DNA from: Akkermansiaceae bacterium
GTDB taxonomy: Bacteria; Verrucomicrobiota; Verrucomicrobiia; Verrucomicrobiales; Akkermansiaceae
DNA length: 37,602 nt
Reading direction: 5' to 3'
Assembly (NCBI GenBank): GCA_051251915.1
Contig: JBPOGF010000030.1
Location: 1-37,602 of the forward strand
Numbering within the stretch: position 1 is the first letter of the stretch; every line of letters begins with the position of its first letter. Shown in pieces: positions 27,125-36,675 of the stretch. The notes below the pieces were generated by a model. The model was given only the letters and a program-made list of their open reading frames with translations. It ran no database searches and had not been told where the DNA came from. Both the position numbers and the translations under genes were made by a program.

Positions 27125-30100
27125 TTAGCTGCGCATGCGGCGGGTGATGGTGATGGTTAAACCGATGAGGATGAGGGCGGAAGCGCTAGGTTCTGGTATG
27201 GGTGCGGTGTAGGTTATGTTTAGGTTGTTGCCATTTTGGATAAGGTCGAAGGTGCCGTCGAAGGTGTTTTGGAAGCCAGTGGTGTTAATCTCGAAGGCGT
27301 CTTCGAGGGTAGCATCTCCTTCGAAGGTGATGCCGGCGGTGGTGGTGAGAAACGCCCAGCTATAGTTGGCTTCGGAGTCAAAGTTAGTGAGGGCTCCAGT
27401 GGCGTTCGCCTCGGTGAGAGTAAGGAGCTCAATGGTAATTACTTCAATGGGCATGGAGACTTTGTTGTCGGTGATGATGAATGTGCCGGTGATGGCGAGC
27501 TGATCTGAGTTGATACCGTCGATGCCGTTGGCGTCGTTGATTTCCCACTCGTAGGTGCTGCCAGCTTCGAATGTGGTGGTTGATGCATTTAGGGTGCCGG
27601 GGGAATTTCCGGGAGCGAGTGTGCCTGCGTTGGTTACGGTGAGTTCACCAACGGTTCCTGTGCCGGAGAGGCGACCACCGTTCACGGTGAAGTTGGAGTT
27701 ACTTGCTGAGCCCGTGACTTTAAGCTGACCAGCAGTAACGGTCGTGTCACCGGTATAGGAATTTGTGCCGCGGAGCGTGAGGGTGCCGGTGCCGAGTTTG
27801 GTGAGACCGAGAGCGTTGGCCCCACTGTTGGTATCGGTGATGTTGGAATTGTAAGCGAAGTTTCCCCCGCTGGCGTTGGTGGTGTCGATGCCGAGGTAGG
27901 AGCCTGCCTGGAAACCGCCGGAGCCGTTGCCGAGGTTTTTAAGGGTGTCGAGATTGAGCGCGTTGAATTCACCGGATCCTCCGACGTTGACGGCGAGCGT
28001 GGCACCTGAAGCGATGGTAAGATTGCTGTTGGTCCAGCTGGCTGGGGTATCGTTGTAGAGGGCCGTGGTTTTGGAGAATTGAAGGGTGCCAGCGGAGACG
28101 GTGGTGGCTCCAGTGAAGGTGTTGGTGCCCGACAGGGTGGTGGTGCCGGTGCCGGATTTTGCTAATGAGCCGGTGCCGGAAATAACTCCTGCGTAGGTGC
28201 CGTTGGTGGACTGATCAAAAACGAGGGCCGCGTTGTTGGTGATGTTGCCTTGGAGGGAAGAGGTGGTGCCTTGCAGAGTGCCGGCCGAGATCGTGGTGCC
28301 GCCGGTGTAGGTGTTGGTGCCGGAGAGGGTGGTGGTGCCGGTGCCGAGGTGGTTGACGGCAGTGGATCCTGTGATGGCGACGCCCGTGCCGGTGGCCTCG
28401 CCGTCGGTGGAGAAGTGGTAGTCAGAGTCGGTGTGGTTGAAATTGATGATGGCGTCTTCGCCGGCGCCGCCGTGGACCGAGGCGGTGTTGAGGACGCCGG
28501 CGGTAGAGCCATTGATATTGAGGATGCCGGCGGTGTATTGGAAACCGCTGGCGCCTCTGGCCAGAGAGGTGACCCCAGCGCCGGAGTTTACATTCACTTG
28601 GCCGCCGGACTGAATGGTGAGGGAGCTACTGCCGAATTCGCCTACATACAGATCGCCATTGTTGTTCCATATGCCGGAGATATCGGCTGTGCCACTGCCG
28701 TCGAAGAGGCCTAAATAACCTGCGGCGTTTGAAACGATGCCGCCGGACCGAACCGTCAACGACCCGAAGCCATCCGAGCCTAAGTGGAGATTCTCCGAGA
28801 TGGTCCAATTACCGGAGATATCGGCGTAACCGATGCTCCCATGGGAACTCCCCAAGTAGGCAACCCTATTTACAACAGAGCCTCCGGCTGCAATTTCCAG
28901 CGTGGCGCCGTTACTCAAGCTGAGATCATTTGATGAGTGAGAGATGGAACCAGTGCCTGTCACTGCCAAGGTTCCGGCGGATACTGTGGTGCCGCCGGTG
29001 TAGGTGTTGGTGCCGGAAAGGGTGACCGTGCCAGCGCCGGTTTTGGTAAGACCATTCCCGCTGGCTAAATTAACGGAAACGGAACCTGAGTCCGTGAAGG
29101 TATATTCACTGGCGATAAGGGTGCCAGAGCCGGTGATGCTACCGCTGGACATAGTGACAGCACCGACGGTGTCGGAGTTCGCCCCCAAGGAGAGGGTGCC
29201 GCCAGAGATCGTGACCGCCTGGGTGTCCGCTAGCGTATCGGTGGCGTGACCTAGGGCTAGGTTGCCGGCGGAGACTGTGGTGCCGCCAGTGTAGGAGTTT
29301 ATCCCGGATAGGGTTAGGGTTCCGATACCAAGTTTGGTGAGGCTGCCGGAGCCGCTCATGGCGGTGGCTAAGGTGACGTTGTTGCTATTGGTATCGAAGG
29401 TTCCGCCCGCCGAGCCGAGGGGATTGAGGCGATTCGAGATGTCAAAGGTGCTGCCGGAAGCCCATTGCAATCCACCGCCATCGAGGGTGATGGCAGCGGT
29501 TCCGAAGTTGTCACCAGTGGCGAAATTGATGGTGTCATTGTTTACGATGGTGCCGCCGGTGTAGGTGTTGATACCAGAGAGGGTGAGGGTTCCGGAGCCC
29601 TGTTTGGTAAGGCTGCCGGAGCCGCTCATCGAGGAGGCGAGGGTGACGTTGTTGCTATTGGTGTCGAAGGTTGCGCCCGCCGATCCGAGGGGATTGAGGC
29701 GATCCGAGATGTCAAGAGAGGTGTCTGAAGACCATTGTAATCCACCGCCATCGAGGGTGATAGCAGCGGTTCCGAAGTTGTCTCCAGTGGAGAAATTGAC
29801 GAGTCCTCCGTTCACCGTGGTGCCGCCCGAGTAAGTGTTGCTGCCTCTTAGCGAGAGGGTTCCTGTGCCTGTCTTAGCAAGGCCGCCGGTGCCGCTGATC
29901 GTTCCAGCGTAAGTTGTGTCACCGGACTGGTCGGTGGTGAGCTTGGCAGTGCCAAGATCTACTAATCCTCCACTACCACTTAAGGAAGAAGCGGTCAGAT
30001 CGAAGTCATTCAGATCGAGCGTGCCGCCGTTGACGGTGTAGGCGGTATTGGCGGCGAAGGAGGAGCTGGCTCCTTGGGCGAGCTTTCCGGATGAAACCTT

Positions 30101-33100
30101 GGTGCCACCGGTGTAGGTGTTAGTGCCGGAGAGCGTTGTGGTGCCGGAGCCGAGGTGGTTGACTGACGTGGATCCAGTGATGGCGACTGCTGTGCCGGTG
30201 GCTGCGCCGTCGGTGGTAAAGTGGTAATCGGGGTTGGAGTGGTTGAAATTGAGGATGGCGTTGCCGGCGCTGCCGTTGACCGAGGCTGCGTTGAGGATGC
30301 CGGGATTGGTGGAGCCGTTGATGTTTAGAGTGCCGCTGTGGGCTGAGGAGTTAGCTAGCGTAATGGTTCCAGAACCAGAACCCACATTGACCAAACCGCC
30401 GTCATTCACGCTGAGGATACCGTTGCTGAGGGAGCCCACAGTAAGAGCAGATGAGTTTGTCCAAGTGCCAGAGATATCGGCGTTGCCGAAGGCCAGGTAG
30501 CCGACGCGACCCGTTGAATTTACCACGGAGCCGCCGGCACGAACTGTGAGTGAGCCTCTACCGGCGTAACCTACGTCGAGACCGCCTGAGTTCGTCCAGG
30601 TGCCAGAGATGTCCGCATAGCTCATGCTGAAAGGGCTATAATTTCCACCTACGAATCCCTGCCCGTTTGTAACGGAGCCACCGGCAGCAATTTGCAGAGT
30701 GGCATTGTCATTCACGTTGAGCGCATTTGACGGATGATTGATGGAACCTGTGCCGCTCACTGCCAGAGTGCCTGCGTTGAGCGTGGTGCCGCCAGTGTAG
30801 GAATTGGCGCCACTCAGGGTGAGGGTACCAGAGCCGGTTTTGGTGAGTGCCCCGGTGCCTGAGAGATTGGCGGAAACGGCGCCCGAGTTGGTGAAGGCGT
30901 AACTGGATGCGGTGAGAGTGCCGCTGGATCCCGTGATGTTGCCAGATGACAAAGAGAGTGCACCGACGGTGTCGGAGTTAGTTCCTAGGGCGAGGGTGCC
31001 TCCGGAGATTGCGATCGTCCCTGTGTCTGCGAGGCTATTGGTGGAGTGACCAAGCTCGAGGACACCGTCTGATATGGAGGTGCCGCCGGAGTAGGTGTTG
31101 TTGCCGAATAGAGTGAGGGTGCCCGAGCCGGTTTTGGTTAGGCCGCCGGTGCCTAAAATTGTTCCAGAGTAGTTGTTATTGCCTGACTGGTCCACAGTGA
31201 GGGTGGCCGTGCCGAGATCTACGGATCCTCCTGTGCCACTAAAGGAGGAGGCGGTCAGGTTGAAGTCATTCAGATCGAGGGTGCCTCCGTTTACGGTGAA
31301 GGCGGTGTTGGTGGCAAAGACGGTGCTCGTTCCCTGAAGAAGGGTGCCGGCTTCTACCGTGGTGCCTCCGGTATAAGTGTTGGTGCCGGAGAGGGTGAGG
31401 GTACCTACGCCTATTTTGGTGAGGGAGCCGGAGCCGGATACTAGGCCAGCATAGATACCATTCGAAGCTTGGTTGAAGTGGAGGGCGGCGTTGTTGATGA
31501 TGTTGCCCTGCAGTGAAGTACTGTTGCCTTGCAGGGTGCCGGTCGAAACCGTGGTGCCGCTGGTGTAGGTGTTGGTACCGCCTAGGCTGAGCGTGCCAGC
31601 GCCCAGTTTGGTGAGACCGCCGATGCCGCCGAGAGGTGAGGAAATGCCGATATCGAAGCCGTTGCTGTCGATGAAGGCGCCGCCGGCGTTGATCGTGACG
31701 TCGCCAGCTTCGTAGTTAGTGATAAAGTTAGCTTCGTCGGTCCGCGCTTGGAGGATACCGCCGTCGAAGGTGACAGAGCCTCCGCTACCGCCGATTCTTT
31801 CATCGATCTGGTTGGTAGCGAGGGTGCCGCGGTTGCCGCTGGTGCCTGAAAGGGCGATGGTGCCGGTCCCTCCACCGAAGAACCCGGTATAGGTAATCCC
31901 CTCAATGGTTACCAAGCCGCCATTACTAACGGTGAGGCTAGCTGAGGAAGCTCGACCGATCCGGAGGCTGGAGGCATTAGTCCACGAGCCACCACTAACG
32001 GTGACGTTGCCGCCGCTTGAAGCGTTGAAAGCAAGTGTTGCGGAAGCACTGTTAACGGTGCCGCCATTTATCAATAGATTACCGGTGCCAGAGTTTCCGA
32101 TGAGAAGGTTGCTGGTAATTAACGAGCTGCCGCTGTTGAGTTGCAAGGTGCCCACATCGGTACTGCCGTTACCGAGGGTCGTATTGGCTGCTGCGTGGGA
32201 GATTGAGCCTCCGTTTTCTAGGGTTAGGGTACCGGAGTTGACGTTGGTACCTCCGGTGTAGGTATTGGCGCCGGAAAGGGTGAGGGTGCCGGCGCCGAGT
32301 TTGTTTAGGCCACCGGTGCCGCTGAGTGAGCTGGAGATGCCGATGTCGAAGCCGTTGCTGTCGATGAATGCGCCGCCGGAGTCGATCGTGACTTCGCCGG
32401 ACTCGTAGTTAGCGATGAATGCACTTTCGTTGATCCTAGCCTGGAGGATGCCACCGTCGAAAGTTACTGTGCCTGAGCCACCACCTAAGCGCTCCACGAT
32501 CTGGTTGGTGGACAGTGTGCCGCGGTTGCCGCTGGTGCCCGAGAGGGTGATCGCACCGCTCGATCCACCGTAGAAACCGGTGGTGGTGACCCCCTCGATG
32601 GTCACCAAACCGCTACCATTTACGGTTAGGCTACCGGCGCCGGCTCGACCGACTAGGAGATTGCCGGCATTGGTCCAGGTGCCGCTGGTGACCGTCGCCG
32701 AACCCTGGCTGCCCGCCGCATTTCCGATCGTGGCGTTGAGGTTCGAGAGGGTGCCCCCGGAGAATTGTAATGCGCCGACGTCGCCACTGGCATTACCGAC
32801 GGTCGTGGTATCTGCTGGATGTGAGATTGAGCCTCCGGATCCTAGGGTGAGGGTGCCCGAGTTGACCACGGTGCCGCCGGTGTAGGAGTTGGCGCCGGTA
32901 AGCAAGAGGGTGCCGGTGCCAGATTTGGTGAGACCGTCGCTGCCGGAGATGATCGCGGAAATGGTTTGGTTGCCGCTGCCGGTGTCGATACCTCCTGTTC
33001 CCAAAGTAAGCGTATTTGTTCCAGCAATGGTGTAATCCGAAGTGGTGAAGATCAGGGATTGGGCGGTGACGTTGGCACCCAGGGTCACGGTGCCGGCGGT

Positions 33101-33361
33101 ACCACTAAACACGGCAATGTCGGTCGGCGAGTTATTGGACCAGGTGGAGTAGCTTCCGATGCCTAGTAAGTTCCAACGAGGGGAGATGTTATCCCAAGTG
33201 CCGCTACCGCCAACACCTGAGCCGGTGATGTCGCTATCCCAGTAGAGGACGGACTGAGCCTGGAGGGAGGAAGCCCAGGTTGCGCTTAAGAGTGTCGCTA
33301 AGGTTGCACTGCGAAGAAAGGAGGACGCAATGCGTGCACGTGAAAATGTGGAATTTGGCAT
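27125..33361 (-). CDS. Giant PEP-CTERM surface protein with autotransporter-associated beta-strand repeats
   Basis: Signal peptide (LQA-Q), many GLTKxGxGTLTLSGxNTYTGGT repeats, LAPGNSPG, and C-terminal IPEPSA + TM + RRMRS. No beta-barrel. Confidence 0.93.
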   Translation of the reverse strand: MPNSTFSRARIASSFLRSATLATLLSATWASSLQAQSVLYWDSDITGSGVGGSGTWDNISPRWNLLGIGSYSTWSNNSPTDIAVFSGTAGTVTLGANVTAQSLIFTTSDYTIAGTNTLTLGTGGIDTGSGNQTISAIISGSDGLTKSGTGTLLLTGANSYTGGTVVNSGTLTLGSGGSISHPADTTTVGNASGDVGALQFSGGTLSNLNATIGNAAGSQGSATVTSGTWTNAGNLLVGRAGAGSLTVNGSGLVTIEGVTTTGFYGGSSGAITLSGTSGNRGTLSTNQIVERLGGGSGTVTFDGGILQARINESAFIANYESGEVTIDSGGAFIDSNGFDIGISSSLSGTGGLNKLGAGTLTLSGANTYTGGTNVNSGTLTLENGGSISHAAANTTLGNGSTDVGTLQLNSGSSLITSNLLIGNSGTGNLLINGGTVNSASATLAFNASSGGNVTVSGGSWTNASSLRIGRASSASLTVSNGGLVTIEGITYTGFFGGGTGTIALSGTSGNRGTLATNQIDERIGGSGGSVTFDGGILQARTDEANFITNYEAGDVTINAGGAFIDSNGFDIGISSPLGGIGGLTKLGAGTLSLGGTNTYTSGTTVSTGTLQGNSTSLQGNIINNAALHFNQASNGIYAGLVSGSGSLTKIGVGTLTLSGTNTYTGGTTVEAGTLLQGTSTVFATNTAFTVNGGTLDLNDFNLTASSFSGTGGSVDLGTATLTVDQSGNNNYSGTILGTGGLTKTGSGTLTLFGNNTYSGGTSISDGVLELGHSTNSLADTGTIAISGGTLALGTNSDTVGALSLSSGNITGSSGTLTASSYAFTNSGAVSANLSGTGALTKTGSGTLTLSGANSYTGGTTLNAGTLAVSGTGSINHPSNALNVNDNATLQIAAGGSVTNGQGFVGGNYSPFSMSYADISGTWTNSGGLDVGYAGRGSLTVRAGGSVVNSTGRVGYLAFGNADISGTWTNSSALTVGSLSNGILSVNDGGLVNVGSGSGTITLANSSAHSGTLNINGSTNPGILNAASVNGSAGNAILNFNHSNPDYHFTTDGAATGTAVAITGSTSVNHLGSGTTTLSGTNTYTGGTKVSSGKLAQGASSSFAANTAYTVNGGTLDLNDFDLTASSLSGSGGLVDLGTAKLTTDQSGDTTYAGTISGTGGLAKTGTGTLSLRGSNTYSGGTTVNGGLVNFSTGDNFGTAAITLDGGGLQWSSDTSLDISDRLNPLGSAGATFDTNSNNVTLASSMSGSGSLTKQGSGTLTLSGINTYTGGTIVNNDTINFATGDNFGTAAITLDGGGLQWASGSTFDISNRLNPLGSAGGTFDTNSNNVTLATAMSGSGSLTKLGIGTLTLSGINSYTGGTTVSAGNLALGHATDTLADTQAVTISGGTLSLGANSDTVGAVTMSSGSITGSGTLIASEYTFTDSGSVSVNLASGNGLTKTGAGTVTLSGTNTYTGGTTVSAGTLAVTGTGSISHSSNDLSLSNGATLEIAAGGSVVNRVAYLGSSHGSIGYADISGNWTISENLHLGSDGFGSLTVRSGGIVSNAAGYLGLFDGSGTADISGIWNNNGDLYVGEFGSSSLTIQSGGQVNVNSGAGVTSLARGASGFQYTAGILNINGSTAGVLNTASVHGGAGEDAIINFNHTDSDYHFSTDGEATGTGVAITGSTAVNHLGTGTTTLSGTNTYTGGTTISAGTLQGTTSSLQGNITNNAALVFDQSTNGTYAGVISGTGSLAKSGTGTTTLSGTNTFTGATTVSAGTLQFSKTTALYNDTPASWTNSNLTIASGATLAVNVGGSGEFNALNLDTLKNLGNGSGGFQAGSYLGIDTTNASGGNFAYNSNITDTNSGANALGLTKLGTGTLTLRGTNSYTGDTTVTAGQLKVTGSASNSNFTVNGGRLSGTGTVGELTVTNAGTLAPGNSPGTLNASTTTFEAGSTYEWEINDANGIDGINSDQLAITGTFIITDNKVSMPIEVITIELLTLTEANATGALTNFDSEANYSWAFLTTTAGITFEGDATLEDAFEINTTGFQNTFDGTFDLIQNGNNLNITYTAPIPEPSASALILIGLTITITRRMRS

Positions 33362-33394
33362 AATTAGAATCTAAGACTGCATGGGATTTTGTTG

Positions 33395-33473
33395 TGAGTT
33401 GGTCTAGAGCATTATGCAAGGAGTGGCAGGGCTCCGCTCTAGTTCAACTCATGGAATTAGTGTGACTAATCCA
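33395..33473 (-). promoter_or_regulatory. Structured 5' leader of the adhesin gene (two hairpins)
   Basis: TGAGTTG-GT-CTAGAGC ... GCTCTAG-TT-CAACTCA (33395-33451) plus TGGAATTAGT-GTG-ACTAATCCA (33452-33473). Confidence 0.45.
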
Positions 33474-33776
33474 GTATGGATTTATAAATAGCAACTTTTG
33501 TATGATAGACAAACTTATTCAATCTATAACTTAGAATATAAGACTTTTTCGTCATCATTTCTGATGGAGCCTGGTCATCGAGTTTTGTGAAGCTTTTATT
33601 GTGGTATAGTAGAGGTAAGTACCGGCAAGCTTTGCAGCCCAGTAGGATTTGTTAGATTCATTTAGCGCATTGCATGAGGATATAACTTTAAATCACCTTT
33701 CGTTGCTCTTCAGTCACGGATTAATATGCACTGCAATGGTCTCCGACGACGACAGAGCTGGTTGCTGGAGCTAGCC

Positions 33777-34019
33777 TTAACTCTCTTTTGGGGCCTTGCT
33801 GTTGTAATGAGGCATTAATTGTGCGAGGTGACCTTGCACGATTGTGCCTACAGTCTGGGCAGGGAGTGTGTCTTTGTGTAGTTCGAAAATAGCGACAAGG
33901 AGAGCGAGTTCGATGTCCGTTTTTTTAGCACTGGTCGCTTTCATCTCCACTAGGATTTCAAGTGCTTTTTTTTCGGCTTTTTTATAGTCTTTGAAATTTT
34001 GTTCAGTTGGCGTAGGCAT
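33777..34019 (-). CDS. Small hypothetical protein
   Basis: 80-aa ATG-started ORF with helical, protein-like composition, co-oriented with the FKBP gene. Confidence 0.7.
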   Translation of the reverse strand: MPTPTEQNFKDYKKAEKKALEILVEMKATSAKKTDIELALLVAIFELHKDTLPAQTVGTIVQGHLAQLMPHYNSKAPKES

Positions 34020-34082
34020 CTTATGAAATCATTACTTAGTTCGTGTTATTGTCAAACGCCTAATTTCACTGAGTTTTTGGGC

Positions 34083-34871
34083 TTATTTCTCTTGCCTGAT
34101 GTCACGGATTCCTTGGAGAGTCACGGTGATGATCACGGCTTGATTTGGTCCGACTAGGGCATTGATCCTCTGTTTGCCGTAGGCTAGCTCAGGTTTCAGG
34201 TAGAGTTTCCATGTAGAGCCCACTGGCATGCTTAATAGAGCTTCTCTGAGACCTGGCATGACTTCTTCACCGACAGCGACAAGGCGATCTTTCGCGACTC
34301 TCTCATATGTCGTGCCGTCTAGGGTCATAGCTTCATAGCTGATGATAAAGCGGCGGTGGTCAATCACGCCTTCCTCAGCGGGCTTGAACACTTCACCTTT
34401 GCCTGCTGTTAGAATTTCATATTGGAGACCTGACTTGGTAGTTTGGATTCCTTTTTTGGCTTTATTTTCACTTAACCATTTGGTTGCTACAGCGGAATTT
34501 GCTTTGGCTAAATTGAGTTCACGTTGTTGTAGATTCGCTTTGAGCAGATCTACTGCGATTTTAAATTCGTCAGTTTTGATCGTAGATTCTTTGTTAGCTA
34601 GAGCTTCGGCGAAACCTTGTTGGAAACTATCTACATCAAAGTCTGTTAGGACAAAGCCACCTTTGACTAATTCAGCCGCTAATTCTTTTCCCTTGAGGTA
34701 GCCTAGTCCATGAGAGGCTTTTTTGACTGATTCTTTTTCTACTTTGAGCGGGGTGACGCTTGGTTTCACTGCTTCGATTACTTTCTTATCCTGAGCGTTT
34801 AGAGTAGAGCTAATTAATAGGGTGGCTGTGCATATCAGGCCGAGCTGGCTGATTCGTTTTGTGTTTATCAT
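34083..34871 (-). CDS. FkpA/Mip-like FKBP-type PPIase (FKBP_N + divergent FKBP_C), exported
   Basis: Signal peptide, SHGLG..G FKBP_N, TTKSGLQYEIL..GKG, EALLSMPVGSTWKLYLKPELAYG. Confidence 0.85.
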   Translation of the reverse strand: MINTKRISQLGLICTATLLISSTLNAQDKKVIEAVKPSVTPLKVEKESVKKASHGLGYLKGKELAAELVKGGFVLTDFDVDSFQQGFAEALANKESTIKTDEFKIAVDLLKANLQQRELNLAKANSAVATKWLSENKAKKGIQTTKSGLQYEILTAGKGEVFKPAEEGVIDHRRFIISYEAMTLDGTTYERVAKDRLVAVGEEVMPGLREALLSMPVGSTWKLYLKPELAYGKQRINALVGPNQAVIITVTLQGIRDIRQEK

Positions 34872-34898
34872 GATTTGTTAGATGCTATTTCCCTTGCT

Positions 34899-34928
34899 AT
34901 GGTATGGATGAGTAAAAAAAGAAGTCAA
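34899..34928 (-). promoter_or_regulatory. Putative sigma70 promoter of the FKBP gene
   Basis: Minus strand TTGACT-N18-TACCAT. Confidence 0.4.
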
Positions 34929-35040
34929 TTACCAATGCCTTTGCTATCTCCTGAGAGGTTTGTGGATGGACTTTTGGTTGGTATAATTTTTTGGGGGTTT
35001 TGTAGGAGACGGTTGGTGGGGTTTTGTGTAGGTTGATTTT

Positions 35041-35418
35041 ATGAGACCTATTTTAGTGATTAATGATGATGCGAGTTTGTTGAAGGAGATGGTGGATGTG
35101 TTGGTGGAGGGGAAGTTTAGGTATATTGCGGCGAGGACGGCTAAGGAGGCTTTGTCTGAGACTGCGGGGTATGATTTCTCGCTGGTGGTGATGGATCTGA
35201 AGTTGCCGGATATGGATGGGGATGCGTTTTATGATGAGCTGCTTTTTCGGGAGGCTCATTATGAGTTGCCGGTGGCGGCTCTGGTGGATTCTATGGATGG
35301 TGATGAGGTGGGGGTGGTGAATAGGTTGTTGCCGCGTGGGAGGGTGACGTTGCTTTCTAAGCCGCTTAAGAAGGAGTGGTTGGTGGAGTTGTTTGAACAG
35401 TATGGGGAGAGGAAATAG
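35041..35418 (+). CDS. Single-domain response regulator (receiver only)
   Basis: ILVINDD, MDLKLPDMDG, SKP. Confidence 0.88.
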   Translation: MRPILVINDDASLLKEMVDVLVEGKFRYIAARTAKEALSETAGYDFSLVVMDLKLPDMDGDAFYDELLFREAHYELPVAALVDSMDGDEVGVVNRLLPRGRVTLLSKPLKKEWLVELFEQYGERK

Positions 35419-35420
35419 TT

Positions 35421-35969
35421 ATGAGAAAAGAGATGAATAGCCCGATGGGTAAACGTGGAGTAATGAAGAAGGTTAGCTTGGAAGAGGGGCTAGTGGCGTA
35501 TGAGTGCGGTGAGTCTGGTGGGGTGTATATTACTTTGCAGGATTATTGGAATTGGTTGAAGAAGCAGCCGGAGAGGTTGGCGCATTTGCCTGCTAGTGAT
35601 GATGGGAAATGTGTGGTTGAGGTAGAGGCTGTGGCGAAGTTGTGTCCGGAGACGGGGACGATTATGATGCGGTGCAAGGTGGGGAATGATTTTGATTTCT
35701 ATATTGATCGGTCGCAGGCAGGTGGTGTGTGGTTAGATGCTGGTGAGTGGGATGCGCTGAAGGGGAGGAATTTTCATGATGAGCTTCATTTGGTATTTAC
35801 GGAGCCATGGCAGGAGAAGTTGCGCGAGCGGCAAGCTGAGATGGTGAGTAGGAAGATGCTGAATGAGAAGTTGGGGGAGGAGTTGTTAGAGAAAATTGAG
35901 GAGATGAAGGCAGCGCTTGAGGGGCATGCGTATAGGGATTATGCGATTGCTTATTTGGGTGAGGGGTAG
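35421..35969 (+). CDS. zf-TFIIB-like double zinc-ribbon protein with degenerate Cys pairs
   Basis: CGESGGVY, LCPETG, DRSQAGGVWLDAGEW; the GGxWLDxGE tail is typical of zf-TFIIB-domain proteins. Confidence 0.7.
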   Translation: MRKEMNSPMGKRGVMKKVSLEEGLVAYECGESGGVYITLQDYWNWLKKQPERLAHLPASDDGKCVVEVEAVAKLCPETGTIMMRCKVGNDFDFYIDRSQAGGVWLDAGEWDALKGRNFHDELHLVFTEPWQEKLRERQAEMVSRKMLNEKLGEELLEKIEEMKAALEGHAYRDYAIAYLGEG

Positions 35970-35994
35970 ATGTGAGATAAGGTTGCTTTTTTGA

Positions 35995-36023
35995 TTGTCA
36001 GCTGGAGTTATTCCAAATATAAT
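35995..36023 (+). promoter_or_regulatory. Near-consensus sigma70 promoter at the start of the AT-rich island
   Basis: TTGTCA-N17-TATAAT, 14 nt before ATG 36038. Confidence 0.7.
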
Positions 36024-36037
36024 GTTATCTTAAATAC

Positions 36038-36550
36038 ATGATTAAATACCTTATAATCGTAATACTTACTATTATTCCAATCTTTGCTGAAGAGCTTCCT
36101 TATGAATTTAAAAAGTTAAAAAATATCCGAGATTCTCAGATAGAAACTATCAATGAGCAGTATGTAACTGCTCTCGAAAAGCTTAAACTAAAATATACTA
36201 AGAAAGGAGAGCTAGCATCTGCATTATTAGTAGATGAAGAAATTAAATCATATTTGAAAAGTGATTCACTCTCTACCGAAAATATTGAACCAAAACAATT
36301 TTTAGGTACGTGGCTGTTTAGTTTTGATAACTGGTCAAGAGTACGAACTATAGAAACTAACAATAAGGTTAATCAGAGTGGTAAGTTTTGGGGGACTTGG
36401 AAAACGGAGAAGCAAATTTTGATTCTCACTTCTAAAGATGGGAAGCAGATAAACACGTTTAAACTACCGTTATCTAAGGATATCAATACTGGCGAATATA
36501 GAGATCAAGATGGAAGAAGCAAATTAACGATTAAAAAAATAAACAAATAA
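36038..36550 (+). CDS. Exported hypothetical protein (AT-rich)
   Basis: Signal peptide (IFA-E), helical N-region, and a Trp/Gly-rich beta-type C-domain. Confidence 0.75.
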   Translation: MIKYLIIVILTIIPIFAEELPYEFKKLKNIRDSQIETINEQYVTALEKLKLKYTKKGELASALLVDEEIKSYLKSDSLSTENIEPKQFLGTWLFSFDNWSRVRTIETNNKVNQSGKFWGTWKTEKQILILTSKDGKQINTFKLPLSKDINTGEYRDQDGRSKLTIKKINK

Positions 36551-36675
36551 CTCACATAAAGCAGACTTGCTTGATATTGCTACGAAGCCTATCGAAGTTT
36601 CAATGTGTAGTTAAAATACAACTATAATCCATTCACATAAGCCAAAGTTTGGCCTTTCGATAAGATAGGCGAACT

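Noticed and set aside
27125..33361. Classical type V autotransporter
   Set aside because: The C-terminus is a PEP-CTERM anchor, not a beta-barrel.
33421..33436. Cobalamin riboswitch (minus-strand GCCCTGCCACT)
   Set aside because: The other conserved elements (GGGAA, the ACTG continuation, the AGYCAG B12 box) are not seen, and the gene context does not fit.
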